Of a stretch of 35,792 nt of DNA, positions 18,755 to 28,474 are shown piece after piece. The translations under genes were made by a program, and so were the position numbers. The notes under the pieces were generated by a model. That model saw only the letters and a list, made by a program, of their open reading frames with translations, was not told the origin of the DNA and searched no databases. The DNA comes from Hormoscilla sp. (GTDB taxonomy: Bacteria > Cyanobacteriota > Cyanobacteriia > Cyanobacteriales > Desertifilaceae), in NCBI GenBank assembly GCA_051439505.1, contig JBFRWI010000213.1:1-35792 (forward strand), in the 5' to 3' direction. The number at the start of each line of letters is the position of its first letter. Position 1 is the stretch's first letter.

Positions 18755-19459
18755 ATGGCAGCAGCAGTAGTAGAAGAAGCAGGTGCAGAGCAAGTAGAAG
18801 GAGGGTCAAAACCAAATTACCAGTTGATAGGAATTGTAATTGGGGTGGTAGGTGTGGTAGCAGCAGCAGGGATAGGATGGTTTATGGTCAAACCAGCCTG
18901 GGAAAAATATCAAGCTCAGACAGAGACGCTGGCAGAACTAGATCAAAAAATAAAAACAGGAGCGACTAGAAAAGACGCGGAGGAAAAGGCCAAGGCCCAA
19001 AGGGCGATCGCGCTCAGGCAAAAAGAAGAGGTAACGGCATTATTTGCCTCGGAAAAAGCTCTGGAGACATTGCTGCTAGACGTGAACAGAATAGTACAGA
19101 TGAGAAATGCTGAGATGGAATTGTTCGAACCAAGCAAGAGTGGACCTCCAGAGGTGATATCAGATGGGTCATTAGGACCGCTGGTAAATGGAAAAATAAA
19201 ACAAAAAGAGATGAATATGAGGTTGACAGGCAGCTTCGATCAAATTCGCTCGGTGTTGCTCACTATGGAGCGGTTGCAGCCGCTGCTGGTGGTGACGGAC
19301 TTGAGCACGAAGTTGGATAGGTCAACTCAGGAGGTAAGTTATAACGCCGAAGAGGGACTGACAATATCGGGGACGCCGAAGCTGCAAACAAGCTTGACAA
19401 TTCAGGCCCTGATGCCAACAGAACTGGAATCAGCAGATGCAGAGCCTCAGAAAAAGTGA
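18755..19459 (+). CDS. pilO: Type IV pilus assembly protein PilO
   Basis: TM plus coiled coil and ERLQPLL motif; located between pilN and pilQ. Confidence 0.82.
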   Translation: MAAAVVEEAGAEQVEGGSKPNYQLIGIVIGVVGVVAAAGIGWFMVKPAWEKYQAQTETLAELDQKIKTGATRKDAEEKAKAQRAIALRQKEEVTALFASEKALETLLLDVNRIVQMRNAEMELFEPSKSGPPEVISDGSLGPLVNGKIKQKEMNMRLTGSFDQIRSVLLTMERLQPLLVVTDLSTKLDRSTQEVSYNAEEGLTISGTPKLQTSLTIQALMPTELESADAEPQKK

Positions 19460-19569
19460 CAGTCAGATGGGGCGATCGTGTTGATGGTTGAAAGTATTGA
19501 CTGTTAAGATTTAACAGGTAAAGATATACAATTAGCCAAACCGCGAAAATTGGTGGAGAGGAGGGAACG

Positions 19570-22398
19570 GTGAAAAAATATGCGATATGGGGGGGAATGC
19601 TATATGGGGCCGCAGTAGCGATCGCGGCTGCACGGCCAGCTTGGGCAGCGCCAACCGAGGTGACAGCAGTGAGAGTAAACCAGACAAATGCTGGCATTGA
19701 GGTGACCTTGGAGACAAAGGGAGATAAGCGCCCCCAAGTATTCGCAGTACCTAGTGGTAACAGTTGGATGGCAGATATCATCAATACCCAGCTAAAACTG
19801 CCGGAGGGTAATAGTTTTCGTCAGGATGACCCGGCCCCAGGGATCGCGGTTGTGACCGTGAAGCAGCAAAATACCAATAGCATTCGGGTGACGGTGACCG
19901 GGAAAAATGGACCGATAACAGGGGGCGTGATTAACAGCAATGGGGCAGGTATGACCTTCAGCATCAAAAGTCAGGCGATTGTGGCCCAAAGCAATACCCC
20001 CACGACGACTCCCCCTCGACCGCAATTAACTCAAAACTCTCCTGTGTCCCCCGGGAGCGCTAGTCGCACTACCCGGGGGACACAGCCAGTGCAATTGCCC
20101 CGGATCCAGAACGGCTCCCCGGTTTGGCCTCAAGCTCAGAACGTCGCACCGCCTTTGCGACCAAGGGCGATCGCGCCTCCGGTAGGGGATATTTCGATCT
20201 CGACCCTTGACTCTTCGGCCAGTACCATCAATCTCGGCAGCACTGAACTGGTGCCCCGCTTGGTCTTGCGGGATGCTCCCGTCCGAGACGTGTTATCTCT
20301 CCTGGCTAGAGTTGCTGGTTTAAACCTGGCCTATAGCATAGCAGAGGAAGAAAGTCAAGGACAAACGGAAGAAGCCGACGTTGGCCCAACAATAACCCTG
20401 GATGTGGAAAACGAGCCCGTGCAAGATGTGTTTAACAACATTTTGCGGCTGACGGGTTTAGAGGCGAATCGCATAGGACGAACAATATTTGTGGGCAAAA
20501 AACTCCCGATCGCAGCCAGTCAGATCGTCACTCGCACCTTACGACTAAATCAAGTCCCGGTGGAGACGGCAGCAGCATTTCTGGCGATTCAGGGAGCTTT
20601 CAGCCAAAGAGTGGTCACCAAGACAACCAGAACAACTCAGGGAGAAGGGGTTGAACGTGTAGTCAGAGAAGAAACAGAAACAGCAATTGAACCCCTGACA
20701 GCCGCACAAGGCATAGAAAACATAGGACCATTGTTACTAAAAGGTTTATCAGTGGTAACGGATGAGCGTCTCAACGCGATCACGCTGATCGGCGAAGCGA
20801 GAAAAGTGGAAATGGCTACAGCCCTTTTGACTCAGCAAGACCTGCGCCGTCGCCAAGTAGCGGTGAATGTAAAAATAATTGATGTGAACTTGTCAGCGCA
20901 GGATAACTTTAACAGCAGCTTCTCCTTCGGGATTGGTGATTCCTTCTTTGTGGTTGATGGCGGTCAAGGGGTAGCAAATTTTGGGCGACTGCAACCGCCG
21001 TCAGCTCAGAACACAATTGATAATGATTTTGGTCGCCCGATCGTTCCCAACCCACTTACCCAACAGCCATTTCAGCAGGACGGCCCTCGAATTTTTCAAA
21101 ATCCCGACGGCACTCAACTGATCCGCGACCCCGCCAGTGGTGAATTTGTACCCGTAGGTCCTAACCAACCGGGTTCCATCTTCAGTCCCGGCGGTCTCCC
21201 CAATACCCCTGGAATTACCGATCTTACTCGTCAGCAGCAACTGCCAGCTGGTGCAGCGGCACCTCTCTACCTGGATGCGCAGGGCATTCCCAGACCGGCT
21301 AATGAGCTGACGGTCGGGGGAGGCAATATTGCACCTTTCATTAACCCCGAGGGTCAGTTAGTTGAAGCTAGAGCAGTTCGAGTGGGAAACACAGGAGTTC
21401 CCGTACAATACTTTGATTTTCAAGGAAATCCTAGACTGCCCAGCGAACTAGCTAATCCTGGCAATATCGAGGGTTTTACTGGCTCAATCCAACCTTTACT
21501 TAACCCAAGTGGAAACCCTGTAACAGCGGTGAATGAGGCGCTAGGAACTGGTAGTGCCACATCTCCTTTATTCTTTGATGTCAACGGTATTCCCAGAACT
21601 CTCAGTCAGTTGACGACTGCTGGGGGACTTTTTCAACCCCTGTTGGATGGTGGCAACGAGCTGATCCAAGCTGGAGTTCAGGCGACGGGTTTAGTTCCTT
21701 TCATCGGCAGCGCGGCTCAATTTGCCTTTGGACTGCCCGAAGCTTTTCAGTATCCCCGACAATTCCTGGCACAGTTACAAGCTAGTGTTTTAGAGGACAA
21801 TGCTAAGATTCTCACAGATCCGACCCTGACGGTACAAGAAGGGGAAACAGCTACAGTCAACTTGACACAAAGAGTGCCGATCAATGTAGAAATAACCAGA
21901 GAAGTAACGGAGGCAGGTACAACTACAGAGACAGAGACGGAATTCGAGGATGTGGGGCTTTTGCTGCCAATTAGGGTTGAGCGAATTGATGATAATGGTT
22001 TTATAAGTCTCGCTGTGGAGCCCAAAGTATCAACAGTTGTAGGTACCTTTACAATTCCGAGAGAAGAAGGCGATCAGAATGTATTTCAGACGGCTAAAAG
22101 AGAACTGAATTCTGGGACAATTCGCTTGCGAGATGGTCAAACCTTGATTCTGGCAGGTATTATTCAAGAACAAGACCGAGAAGTGATCCGGAAAGTCCCC
22201 ATTCTTGGCGACTTGCCCATCATCGGCTCGCTGTTCCGCAGCCGAGAAAGTGAAGACATCCGCAATGAAGTGGTGATTGTGATTACGCCTCGGATTATCG
22301 AGGATACAGAACGAGCGAATTTTGGGTACGGCTACAGGCCAGGTCCAGGGGTACAACAAATGATGCCACAGGGTGGTTTTCTCAATCCCAATCGTTGA
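19570..22398 (+). CDS. pilQ: Type IV pilus secretin PilQ with AMIN domain
   Basis: Signal peptide, AMIN-like N-terminus and secretin C-terminal motif KVPILGDLPIIGSLFRS...VIVITPRII. Confidence 0.92.
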   Translation: MKKYAIWGGMLYGAAVAIAAARPAWAAPTEVTAVRVNQTNAGIEVTLETKGDKRPQVFAVPSGNSWMADIINTQLKLPEGNSFRQDDPAPGIAVVTVKQQNTNSIRVTVTGKNGPITGGVINSNGAGMTFSIKSQAIVAQSNTPTTTPPRPQLTQNSPVSPGSASRTTRGTQPVQLPRIQNGSPVWPQAQNVAPPLRPRAIAPPVGDISISTLDSSASTINLGSTELVPRLVLRDAPVRDVLSLLARVAGLNLAYSIAEEESQGQTEEADVGPTITLDVENEPVQDVFNNILRLTGLEANRIGRTIFVGKKLPIAASQIVTRTLRLNQVPVETAAAFLAIQGAFSQRVVTKTTRTTQGEGVERVVREETETAIEPLTAAQGIENIGPLLLKGLSVVTDERLNAITLIGEARKVEMATALLTQQDLRRRQVAVNVKIIDVNLSAQDNFNSSFSFGIGDSFFVVDGGQGVANFGRLQPPSAQNTIDNDFGRPIVPNPLTQQPFQQDGPRIFQNPDGTQLIRDPASGEFVPVGPNQPGSIFSPGGLPNTPGITDLTRQQQLPAGAAAPLYLDAQGIPRPANELTVGGGNIAPFINPEGQLVEARAVRVGNTGVPVQYFDFQGNPRLPSELANPGNIEGFTGSIQPLLNPSGNPVTAVNEALGTGSATSPLFFDVNGIPRTLSQLTTAGGLFQPLLDGGNELIQAGVQATGLVPFIGSAAQFAFGLPEAFQYPRQFLAQLQASVLEDNAKILTDPTLTVQEGETATVNLTQRVPINVEITREVTEAGTTTETETEFEDVGLLLPIRVERIDDNGFISLAVEPKVSTVVGTFTIPREEGDQNVFQTAKRELNSGTIRLRDGQTLILAGIIQEQDREVIRKVPILGDLPIIGSLFRSRESEDIRNEVVIVITPRIIEDTERANFGYGYRPGPGVQQMMPQGGFLNPNR

Positions 22399-22488
22399 GC
22401 TGATAAATTATCAAGTGGGCAGTGCCCACCATTCGCTACAAAAAAACTCTAAATTAGGGCAGCAAAAATAGTAGAAGCAGGTGAAAAA

Positions 22489-24549
22489 ATGGCAACGATC
22501 GCAGGCACGCCGGATGATGATTTCTTATTGGGAACCCTAGAGTCGGATATCATTCTGGCAGCACGAGGGAATGACAATATAGATGGGAGTTTGGGTAACG
22601 ATACCATCTTCGGCGGCAAAGATAATGACTTTGTGTACGGTGCGGAAGGATTTGACGAGCTTTATGGAGACCTCGGCGATGATACTGTCTTGGGAGGGAA
22701 TGGGTTAGACCTGATCTATGGTGGAGAGGGTAACGACTTGCTGGAAGGAAATCAGGAAAATGATGTCCTGTTTGGCAACGAAGGCAATGATACGATCGCG
22801 GCTGGAGAAAGTAATGACCGGGTGCGTGCGGGGAAAGATAACGACCTGGTGCTTGGGGGTACGGGTAGAGATACTCTCTTCGGCGACCTGGGAGACGATA
22901 TAGTCTACGGCGGGAAAGACAATGACAGCATTAGAGGTGGCAAAGGGGATGACCAGTTGTTTGGCGACCTCGGAGATGATTCTATACTGGGGGATCTGGG
23001 TGACGATACCGTCTTTGGTGGGGATGGAGATGACTCGATAGGTGGCGGTAGCGACAGCAGCACAGAAGATGGTAACGATCGGCTGTTTGGGGAAGCGGGG
23101 GATGACACCATCTTCGGTCGGGCGGGGGATGACATCCTCTCTGGTGGAGATGACAATGACCTGTTGCTGGGAGGTAATGGCAGGGACGAAATTTCTGGGG
23201 ATGCTGGTAATGACACGATCTTTGGTGGTCGTGGGGCAGATACTTTCACCGGTGGGGCTGGAAGGGACAGCTTTACGATAACCGCCACATCAGGTGGTGC
23301 TACCATAGCTGAGGCGGATGTCGTGCTTGACTTCCAAAATGGTCAGGACTTTATTGGTCTAGCAGAGGGACTCTCCTTTGCGGATCTGGAAATTACTCAG
23401 GGTACGGGGGAAAATGCCAATGACACGATCGTCCGACAACTTGTCGATGACACCCCAGGCAATTACTTGTTAGTGCTTAAGAATGTCAATGCGATCGCGA
23501 TCGGGGAAAATGATTTCATCAATATTCAACTTCCCGAAGAAACCGACCTTGACCCCGACCCTGACCCCGACCCGACACCACCGACAGGTGATGGTCCCAG
23601 AATCGTCGGTGCCGAGGTACTGGTTGCCAATAGTTCGACACCGAGCGGGAATTTAGCCCAACTGATAGGGACTGATGCTTCGGGTTTTACCATTAGCAGT
23701 GCTACTGGTAACAGTGGTCAAAATGTATTGGAAGATTTTAATATTCAGGGTAGTAACCTCAGACTGGTAGACCCGAGCGTGTTGGATGCGGGGATCTCTG
23801 GTAATAGCTCTGTTAATCTGACAATTGCATCACTTGACGCTAGCGGAGAGACTGACCGAACGAGTCAATTCAGGGTTTACAGGGATATTGATGACGCGAT
23901 TGATGATAGCGCGATCTCTGATAACTCTGATATTAGCGATGGGACTGGGCAAGATACAGTCTTGGTGGCTTCTGGAACCTATGCTGATGAGAACTTGCCG
24001 AGCAGTAGTACCACAACGTTGAGGTTTTCCAGTTTGAATCAGTTTACTCTCATTCCCAATGACCTGCCCCAAATTGCTGGGAATATCGATGAGGTACTTG
24101 TGGGTACTGAGAACGGTAACAACCTGACTGGTGATAGTGGTAATGACCTGTTCCTGGGTGGCGGTGGTGCTGATACCCTGACTGGTCGTGGCGGTGAGAA
24201 TTACTTTATCTTCACAAACCCATCGGATGGTGGTTCAGATGGCGATCGCATTGATGAATTTACCACCGACGATCTGATTTTTGTCGAGGCCATTGCTTTT
24301 GGCTTGACGGAGACCGGCGATCGGGGAACACTCAGGACTACTCGGTTTGAAGAGGGAAATGATTTAGATGCAGCCAATCCCGCTAATGATACCACTGATG
24401 ATGTCAGATTCGTCTACGACAACGCCAACGCTCTATTATACTTTGACTCCAATGGTGATAATGCTGGCGGCGGCAGACTGATGGCTAGCTTGCCTAACGA
24501 TTTTAACCTGACTAACGATAACATTGTAGTTTTTCCAGAAATTAATTAA
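22489..24549 (+). CDS. RTX/hemolysin-type calcium-binding repeat protein
   Basis: Many GGxGxDxUx nonapeptide repeats, a DP-rich linker and a second RTX block near the C-terminus. Confidence 0.9.
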   Translation: MATIAGTPDDDFLLGTLESDIILAARGNDNIDGSLGNDTIFGGKDNDFVYGAEGFDELYGDLGDDTVLGGNGLDLIYGGEGNDLLEGNQENDVLFGNEGNDTIAAGESNDRVRAGKDNDLVLGGTGRDTLFGDLGDDIVYGGKDNDSIRGGKGDDQLFGDLGDDSILGDLGDDTVFGGDGDDSIGGGSDSSTEDGNDRLFGEAGDDTIFGRAGDDILSGGDDNDLLLGGNGRDEISGDAGNDTIFGGRGADTFTGGAGRDSFTITATSGGATIAEADVVLDFQNGQDFIGLAEGLSFADLEITQGTGENANDTIVRQLVDDTPGNYLLVLKNVNAIAIGENDFINIQLPEETDLDPDPDPDPTPPTGDGPRIVGAEVLVANSSTPSGNLAQLIGTDASGFTISSATGNSGQNVLEDFNIQGSNLRLVDPSVLDAGISGNSSVNLTIASLDASGETDRTSQFRVYRDIDDAIDDSAISDNSDISDGTGQDTVLVASGTYADENLPSSSTTTLRFSSLNQFTLIPNDLPQIAGNIDEVLVGTENGNNLTGDSGNDLFLGGGGADTLTGRGGENYFIFTNPSDGGSDGDRIDEFTTDDLIFVEAIAFGLTETGDRGTLRTTRFEEGNDLDAANPANDTTDDVRFVYDNANALLYFDSNGDNAGGGRLMASLPNDFNLTNDNIVVFPEIN

Positions 24550-25153
24550 TAGTTTATTATAGCAGAGAAAATTCAATAAGTCAAGGAAAAGGAGTTGTTA
24601 GGGCTCGGCCTCGCGGTACCGGTCTGTTCGCTAGTGCGTCGGTCCATTAATAATACGCCGACATTTTTAAACAGCTGTGCTAAGCGCCCTTAATGACATA
24701 TTCTCGTCGATAAAGCTCCCTACTGGTGCTCCCCTCTCCCTGCTCGGGTGCTCCCTGCTCCCCGGAGGGCGACCAAGCTCTAGTGGGTCTGGTATGGAGT
24801 GCCAGAAACACCGGTGTGGGGCAGCTCCGACAAGCGATCGGTGAAGCAATCATCCGGGAAAAGGTATTAAAAATGGCAGCTACATTGGGCGATCGGCTGA
24901 AAAACTGCCCAAATTCACCATAAATAGCGGTGTCGGAGATCCATATCGGGTAAGCAGCACTTAGAATAAACCATTGAAAAGTCGCATGGATAGGAGTTTT
25001 GGCGTCAGACAGTAAAAATCCTCTGCCCAGCTGGGAGCCCCCCGCCACTGCGGTTCGGCTAGCGTAGCGACGTCGCGCACTGCGCATAGGCTCGCCACAA
25101 TTAGCGAACGATATTTGACAGTTCAGATAAACCCAAAGGAGAGACAAGACAAA

Positions 25154-25465
25154 ATGAATAAAGGTGAATTGGTGGATGCTGTAGTTGAGAAAACGAGCTT
25201 GTCGAAGAAGCATGTAGATGCAATGCTGACAGCTGCCTTGGAAGCAATTGTCGAAGCAGTTGCTGGAGGCGATAAGGTAACGTTAGTGGGGTTTGGCTCC
25301 TTTGAGCCGCGGGAACGCAAGGCCCGAGAGGGACGCAATCCCAAGACAGGCGATAAGATGAAAATCCCGGCTACCAAGGTGCCCGCTTTTACTGCTGGCA
25401 AGTCGTTTAAGGTAAAGGTGGCACCACGCAAGGAATCCGATGCAATCGAAGAGGAGCAAGAATAA
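25154..25465 (+). CDS. hup: DNA-binding protein HU
   Basis: MNKGELVDAV start at 25154, with LVGFGSF, GRNPKTG and VPAF motifs. Confidence 0.95.
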   Translation: MNKGELVDAVVEKTSLSKKHVDAMLTAALEAIVEAVAGGDKVTLVGFGSFEPRERKAREGRNPKTGDKMKIPATKVPAFTAGKSFKVKVAPRKESDAIEEEQE

Positions 25466-25468
25466 TCC

Positions 25469-26533
25469 TTGAAGAGGACCGTACATGGGGGGAATTTAGT
25501 CTGGGCAGCAGCATTGGCAGGCTGTCGGCCAGAGGAATTGCTCGATTTCTCTGCCAGTATCAATCCTTTGGGACCTCCTGAAAGTGCGATCGCGGCTATT
25601 ACTGCCCACTTGGACGCCTTGAAAGCCTATCCCGACCCCGATTATCAGCAGCTGCGCTCGGCCTTGGCGGCTCGGCACCAGTTGCCGCCGGAGTGGATTA
25701 TTCCCGGTAATGGTGCTGCGGAGTTGCTGACTTGGGTGGCTTGCTCTTTGTCTGAATTGGAGGCAACTTATTTGGTCACCCCTGCCTTTGCTGACTACTG
25801 GCGGGCACTCCGGGCATTTAATGTCTTTGTGCTGGAGATGCCTTTATCAATAGTTAGCGGTCAGTGGTCTGTGAGTTGGAACTTCAATACGCAGACATCC
25901 CAGAAAGGTTTACTGCTGAATAACCCCCATAATCCTACAGGTCTGCTGTGGACTAGGGAGGAAATTTGCTCCCTTCTCTCGCGGTTTGCCCTGGTGGTGG
26001 TGGATGAGGCGTTTATGGATTTTCTGCCCCCAGACCAGGATCAAAGCTTAATCCCGGTGGTACGGGATTATCCCCATTTGGTAATCGTGCGATCGCTCAC
26101 CAAGTTCTACAGTCTGCCGGGACTGCGCCTGGGTTATGCGATCGCCCATCCCGACCTGCTGCAACAGTGGCGTGCTTGGCGCGACCCCTGGCCAGTGAAT
26201 ACTTTAGCCGCAGCAGCAGGGGTGGCCTGCGTGCAGGATCTTGAATTCCAACAGCAAACTTGGTCCTGGTTGCCTCCAAGCAGATCTAGTCTCTTGAAGG
26301 GGTTAGGGTCTTTACCCGGCTTGCAAGTTTACAAGGGTGCGGCTAACTTTTTATTGGTAGAGTCGGATTACCCCAGTTCGCAGTTGCAGCGGGATTTGCT
26401 ATTACACTACCGGCTTCTGATTCGGGATTGTCTGAGTTTCTCACAATTGGGCGATCGCTACTTCCGAGTCGCCGTGCGATCGGCAGATGATAACCAGCAT
26501 TTGCTCTCGGGTCTAGCCGATGTGCTTTCCTAA
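25469..26533 (+). CDS. cobD: Threonine-phosphate decarboxylase (cobalamin pathway)
   Basis: HGGN, DFSASINPLG, NPHNPTG, VDEAF and RSLTKFYSLPGLRLGY PLP motifs. Confidence 0.9.
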   Translation: MKRTVHGGNLVWAAALAGCRPEELLDFSASINPLGPPESAIAAITAHLDALKAYPDPDYQQLRSALAARHQLPPEWIIPGNGAAELLTWVACSLSELEATYLVTPAFADYWRALRAFNVFVLEMPLSIVSGQWSVSWNFNTQTSQKGLLLNNPHNPTGLLWTREEICSLLSRFALVVVDEAFMDFLPPDQDQSLIPVVRDYPHLVIVRSLTKFYSLPGLRLGYAIAHPDLLQQWRAWRDPWPVNTLAAAAGVACVQDLEFQQQTWSWLPPSRSSLLKGLGSLPGLQVYKGAANFLLVESDYPSSQLQRDLLLHYRLLIRDCLSFSQLGDRYFRVAVRSADDNQHLLSGLADVLS

Positions 26534-26659
26534 TTCCTGTTTTTTAGGACAGCCTTTAGCTAGCTGTTGAGGACTAAAGCCTGATTTCCGGAAAATTCAA
26601 TATTTTTCCGGAAATCACTTGTCCAGTGTGGTAGACTATAATAGTGCGACAGAAAAAAC

Positions 26660-27247
26660 ATGAGATATGCCACACCTCCAGAAACGTCACAAATCCTTCA
26701 GGTCTCGGAAAGAACTCTCCGAAACTGGGACAAAGACGGAAAAATACATACAATTATTACTCCCGCTGGTCATCGACGATAGGATATCGACTCCGTCATT
26801 AATCCAGACGGCGACACAAGAATCAGAATCCTCTACGCCAGAGTCAGTTCATATAAGCAAAAGTCAGACCTTGAACGGCAAGCCGACTATTTGCAATCCT
26901 TGTTCACAGAGGTCAAACTTGTCAAGGAAATCGGATCAGGACTCAACTACAAACGAAAAGGACTTTTATCCATTCTGGGACAAGTCATGTCAGGAGATGT
27001 CAGAGAAGTTGTGGTCTGCCACAAAGACCGACTTGCCAGGTTTGGCCTCGACATTATCGAATGGCTCTGTCAACAAAAAGATTGCCAACTCGTGGTTCTC
27101 AACCGAAGTGACCTATCTCCAGAACGAGAAATGGTTGAGGATATCCTTGCCGTCGTCCACGTCTTCAGTTGCCGACTCTACGGACTCAGACAGTACAAAT
27201 CTACTATCAAAGAAGATTCGAGTTTACCCGGAAACAGCACTAGCTAA
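26660..27247 (+). pseudogene. tnpA: IS607 TnpA serine recombinase with in-frame stop
   Basis: ATG at 26660 gives MRYATPPETSQILQVSERTLRNWDKDGKI...PAGHRR*DID...LYARVSS...EIGSGLN...HKDRLARFG. The TAG at 26780-26782 lies between the HTH and the catalytic domain. Confidence 0.88.
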
Positions 27248-28358
27248 AACTTGGTATCGATGGATATCAGCAGCTCGATGGTGTTTCAATCAAGCCATTG
27301 CTATACTCAAAAATCAGAGGGTTGGCAAATACGACCTACGGAAAATGGTTATGGATATAGCTCCATCTTGGGTAAGAGAAACTCCATATAACCCCCGCCA
27401 ATTGGCGGTATTTCAGGCTTATGAGGCACATAAAGCAGCAATAAAATCAGGGGGAGATGCTAAATTCCGCTCAGTACGTACACCTGTTAAGTCTATCCGG
27501 TTTCAGAAAGGTAACTGGAAAAAAGGAACGTTTTATCCAACACAGACAAAAGGATTAAGTTTCAAAGCAACTGAGCAAATTATAGACAAAATGCACCATG
27601 AGCCTACCTTGGTACTAGACAGAGGACGTTGGTTTATCTGTTATGCCATAGACGCGCCTAAACCGGAACCATTAAACAGTGATCTAGCCATTGCCCTTGA
27701 TCCAGGAGTCAGGACATTTCTAACGGGGTTTGACGGTCAAGAAATTTGGGAAGTTGGTAAGTCGGATATGGGGCGGATATATCGGTTAGCCAGTCATCTC
27801 GATAGGCTAATGTCTCGAATCGGCTTATCTAAAGGACGCCAATTCAAACGGCTACGATACCGTCTGCGAAAAGCTGCACAAAAGATTCGGGTTAAGATTC
27901 GTAATCTTGTAGATGAACTTCACAAGAAAGCAGCAAACTATCTATGTACCAAGTACAAGGTCATATTTTTGCCTACATTTGAGGTGAAAAATATGGTCAA
28001 ACGAGGCAAGCGACGGTTGTCAACTAAGACGGCACGTCAAATGGTTACATGGTCTCACTACCGTTTTAAGCAAACGTTGAAGCATCAAGCAGCTAAATAC
28101 GGCTGTGTTGTAGTAGACGTGACGGAAGAGTACACTAGTAAAACTTGCTCAAAGTGTGGTCACATTCACACAAAATTAGGAGGCAACAAACGATTTGTTT
28201 GTCCCGACTGTGGTCACACTATTGGACGTGATATTAATGGCGCTTTCAACATTCTGTTGAAGGCTTTGAAAGATACTTCCGCATCTGGCGTGATCGAGTC
28301 ATTCCAGATTGTGCCATACTCAGAAATTTCCGGTAATTGCCAGATTTTTTCGGGTTAA
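26667..28358 (+). CDS. tnpB: TnpB RNA-guided endonuclease, Fanzor-like RuvC arrangement (start uncertain)
   Basis: ALDPGVRTF, VTEEYTSKTCSKCG, CPDCG and RDINGAFNI motifs. The N-terminal ~190 codons overlap tnpA in another frame. Confidence 0.88.
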   Translation: MPHLQKRHKSFRSRKELSETGTKTEKYIQLLLPLVIDDRISTPSLIQTATQESESSTPESVHISKSQTLNGKPTICNPCSQRSNLSRKSDQDSTTNEKDFYPFWDKSCQEMSEKLWSATKTDLPGLASTLSNGSVNKKIANSWFSTEVTYLQNEKWLRISLPSSTSSVADSTDSDSTNLLSKKIRVYPETALAKTWYRWISAARWCFNQAIAILKNQRVGKYDLRKMVMDIAPSWVRETPYNPRQLAVFQAYEAHKAAIKSGGDAKFRSVRTPVKSIRFQKGNWKKGTFYPTQTKGLSFKATEQIIDKMHHEPTLVLDRGRWFICYAIDAPKPEPLNSDLAIALDPGVRTFLTGFDGQEIWEVGKSDMGRIYRLASHLDRLMSRIGLSKGRQFKRLRYRLRKAAQKIRVKIRNLVDELHKKAANYLCTKYKVIFLPTFEVKNMVKRGKRRLSTKTARQMVTWSHYRFKQTLKHQAAKYGCVVVDVTEEYTSKTCSKCGHIHTKLGGNKRFVCPDCGHTIGRDINGAFNILLKALKDTSASGVIESFQIVPYSEISGNCQIFSG

Positions 28359-28474
28359 ATGTATCTGTTACCTGACAGTAACAGCTAGCACCTGTTTTTA
28401 CGAAAAAAGCTATATTGGCAATATGTAGCATTGGGAAGAATTCGAGTAATTGGTCGAAAAAGGTCTAAAAACAG

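Larger units (their letters stand above)
26570..28370 (+). mobile_element. IS607-family insertion sequence (ends approximate)
   Basis: Serine-recombinase tnpA plus tnpB, with related TTTCCGG motif pairs near both ends (26582-26617 and 28326-28354). Confidence 0.85.

Noticed and set aside
25115..25153. Upstream TTG start for HU
   Set aside because: ATG at 25154 gives the canonical MNK start.
24680..25213. 177-aa minus-strand ORF
   Set aside because: It overlaps the HU start antisense, contains repeat-derived sequence and shows no recognisable domain. A small gene remnant cannot be excluded.
26891..27247. Stand-alone 118-aa resolvase
   Set aside because: It is the distal part of the interrupted tnpA and lacks the HTH and the catalytic YARVS motif.
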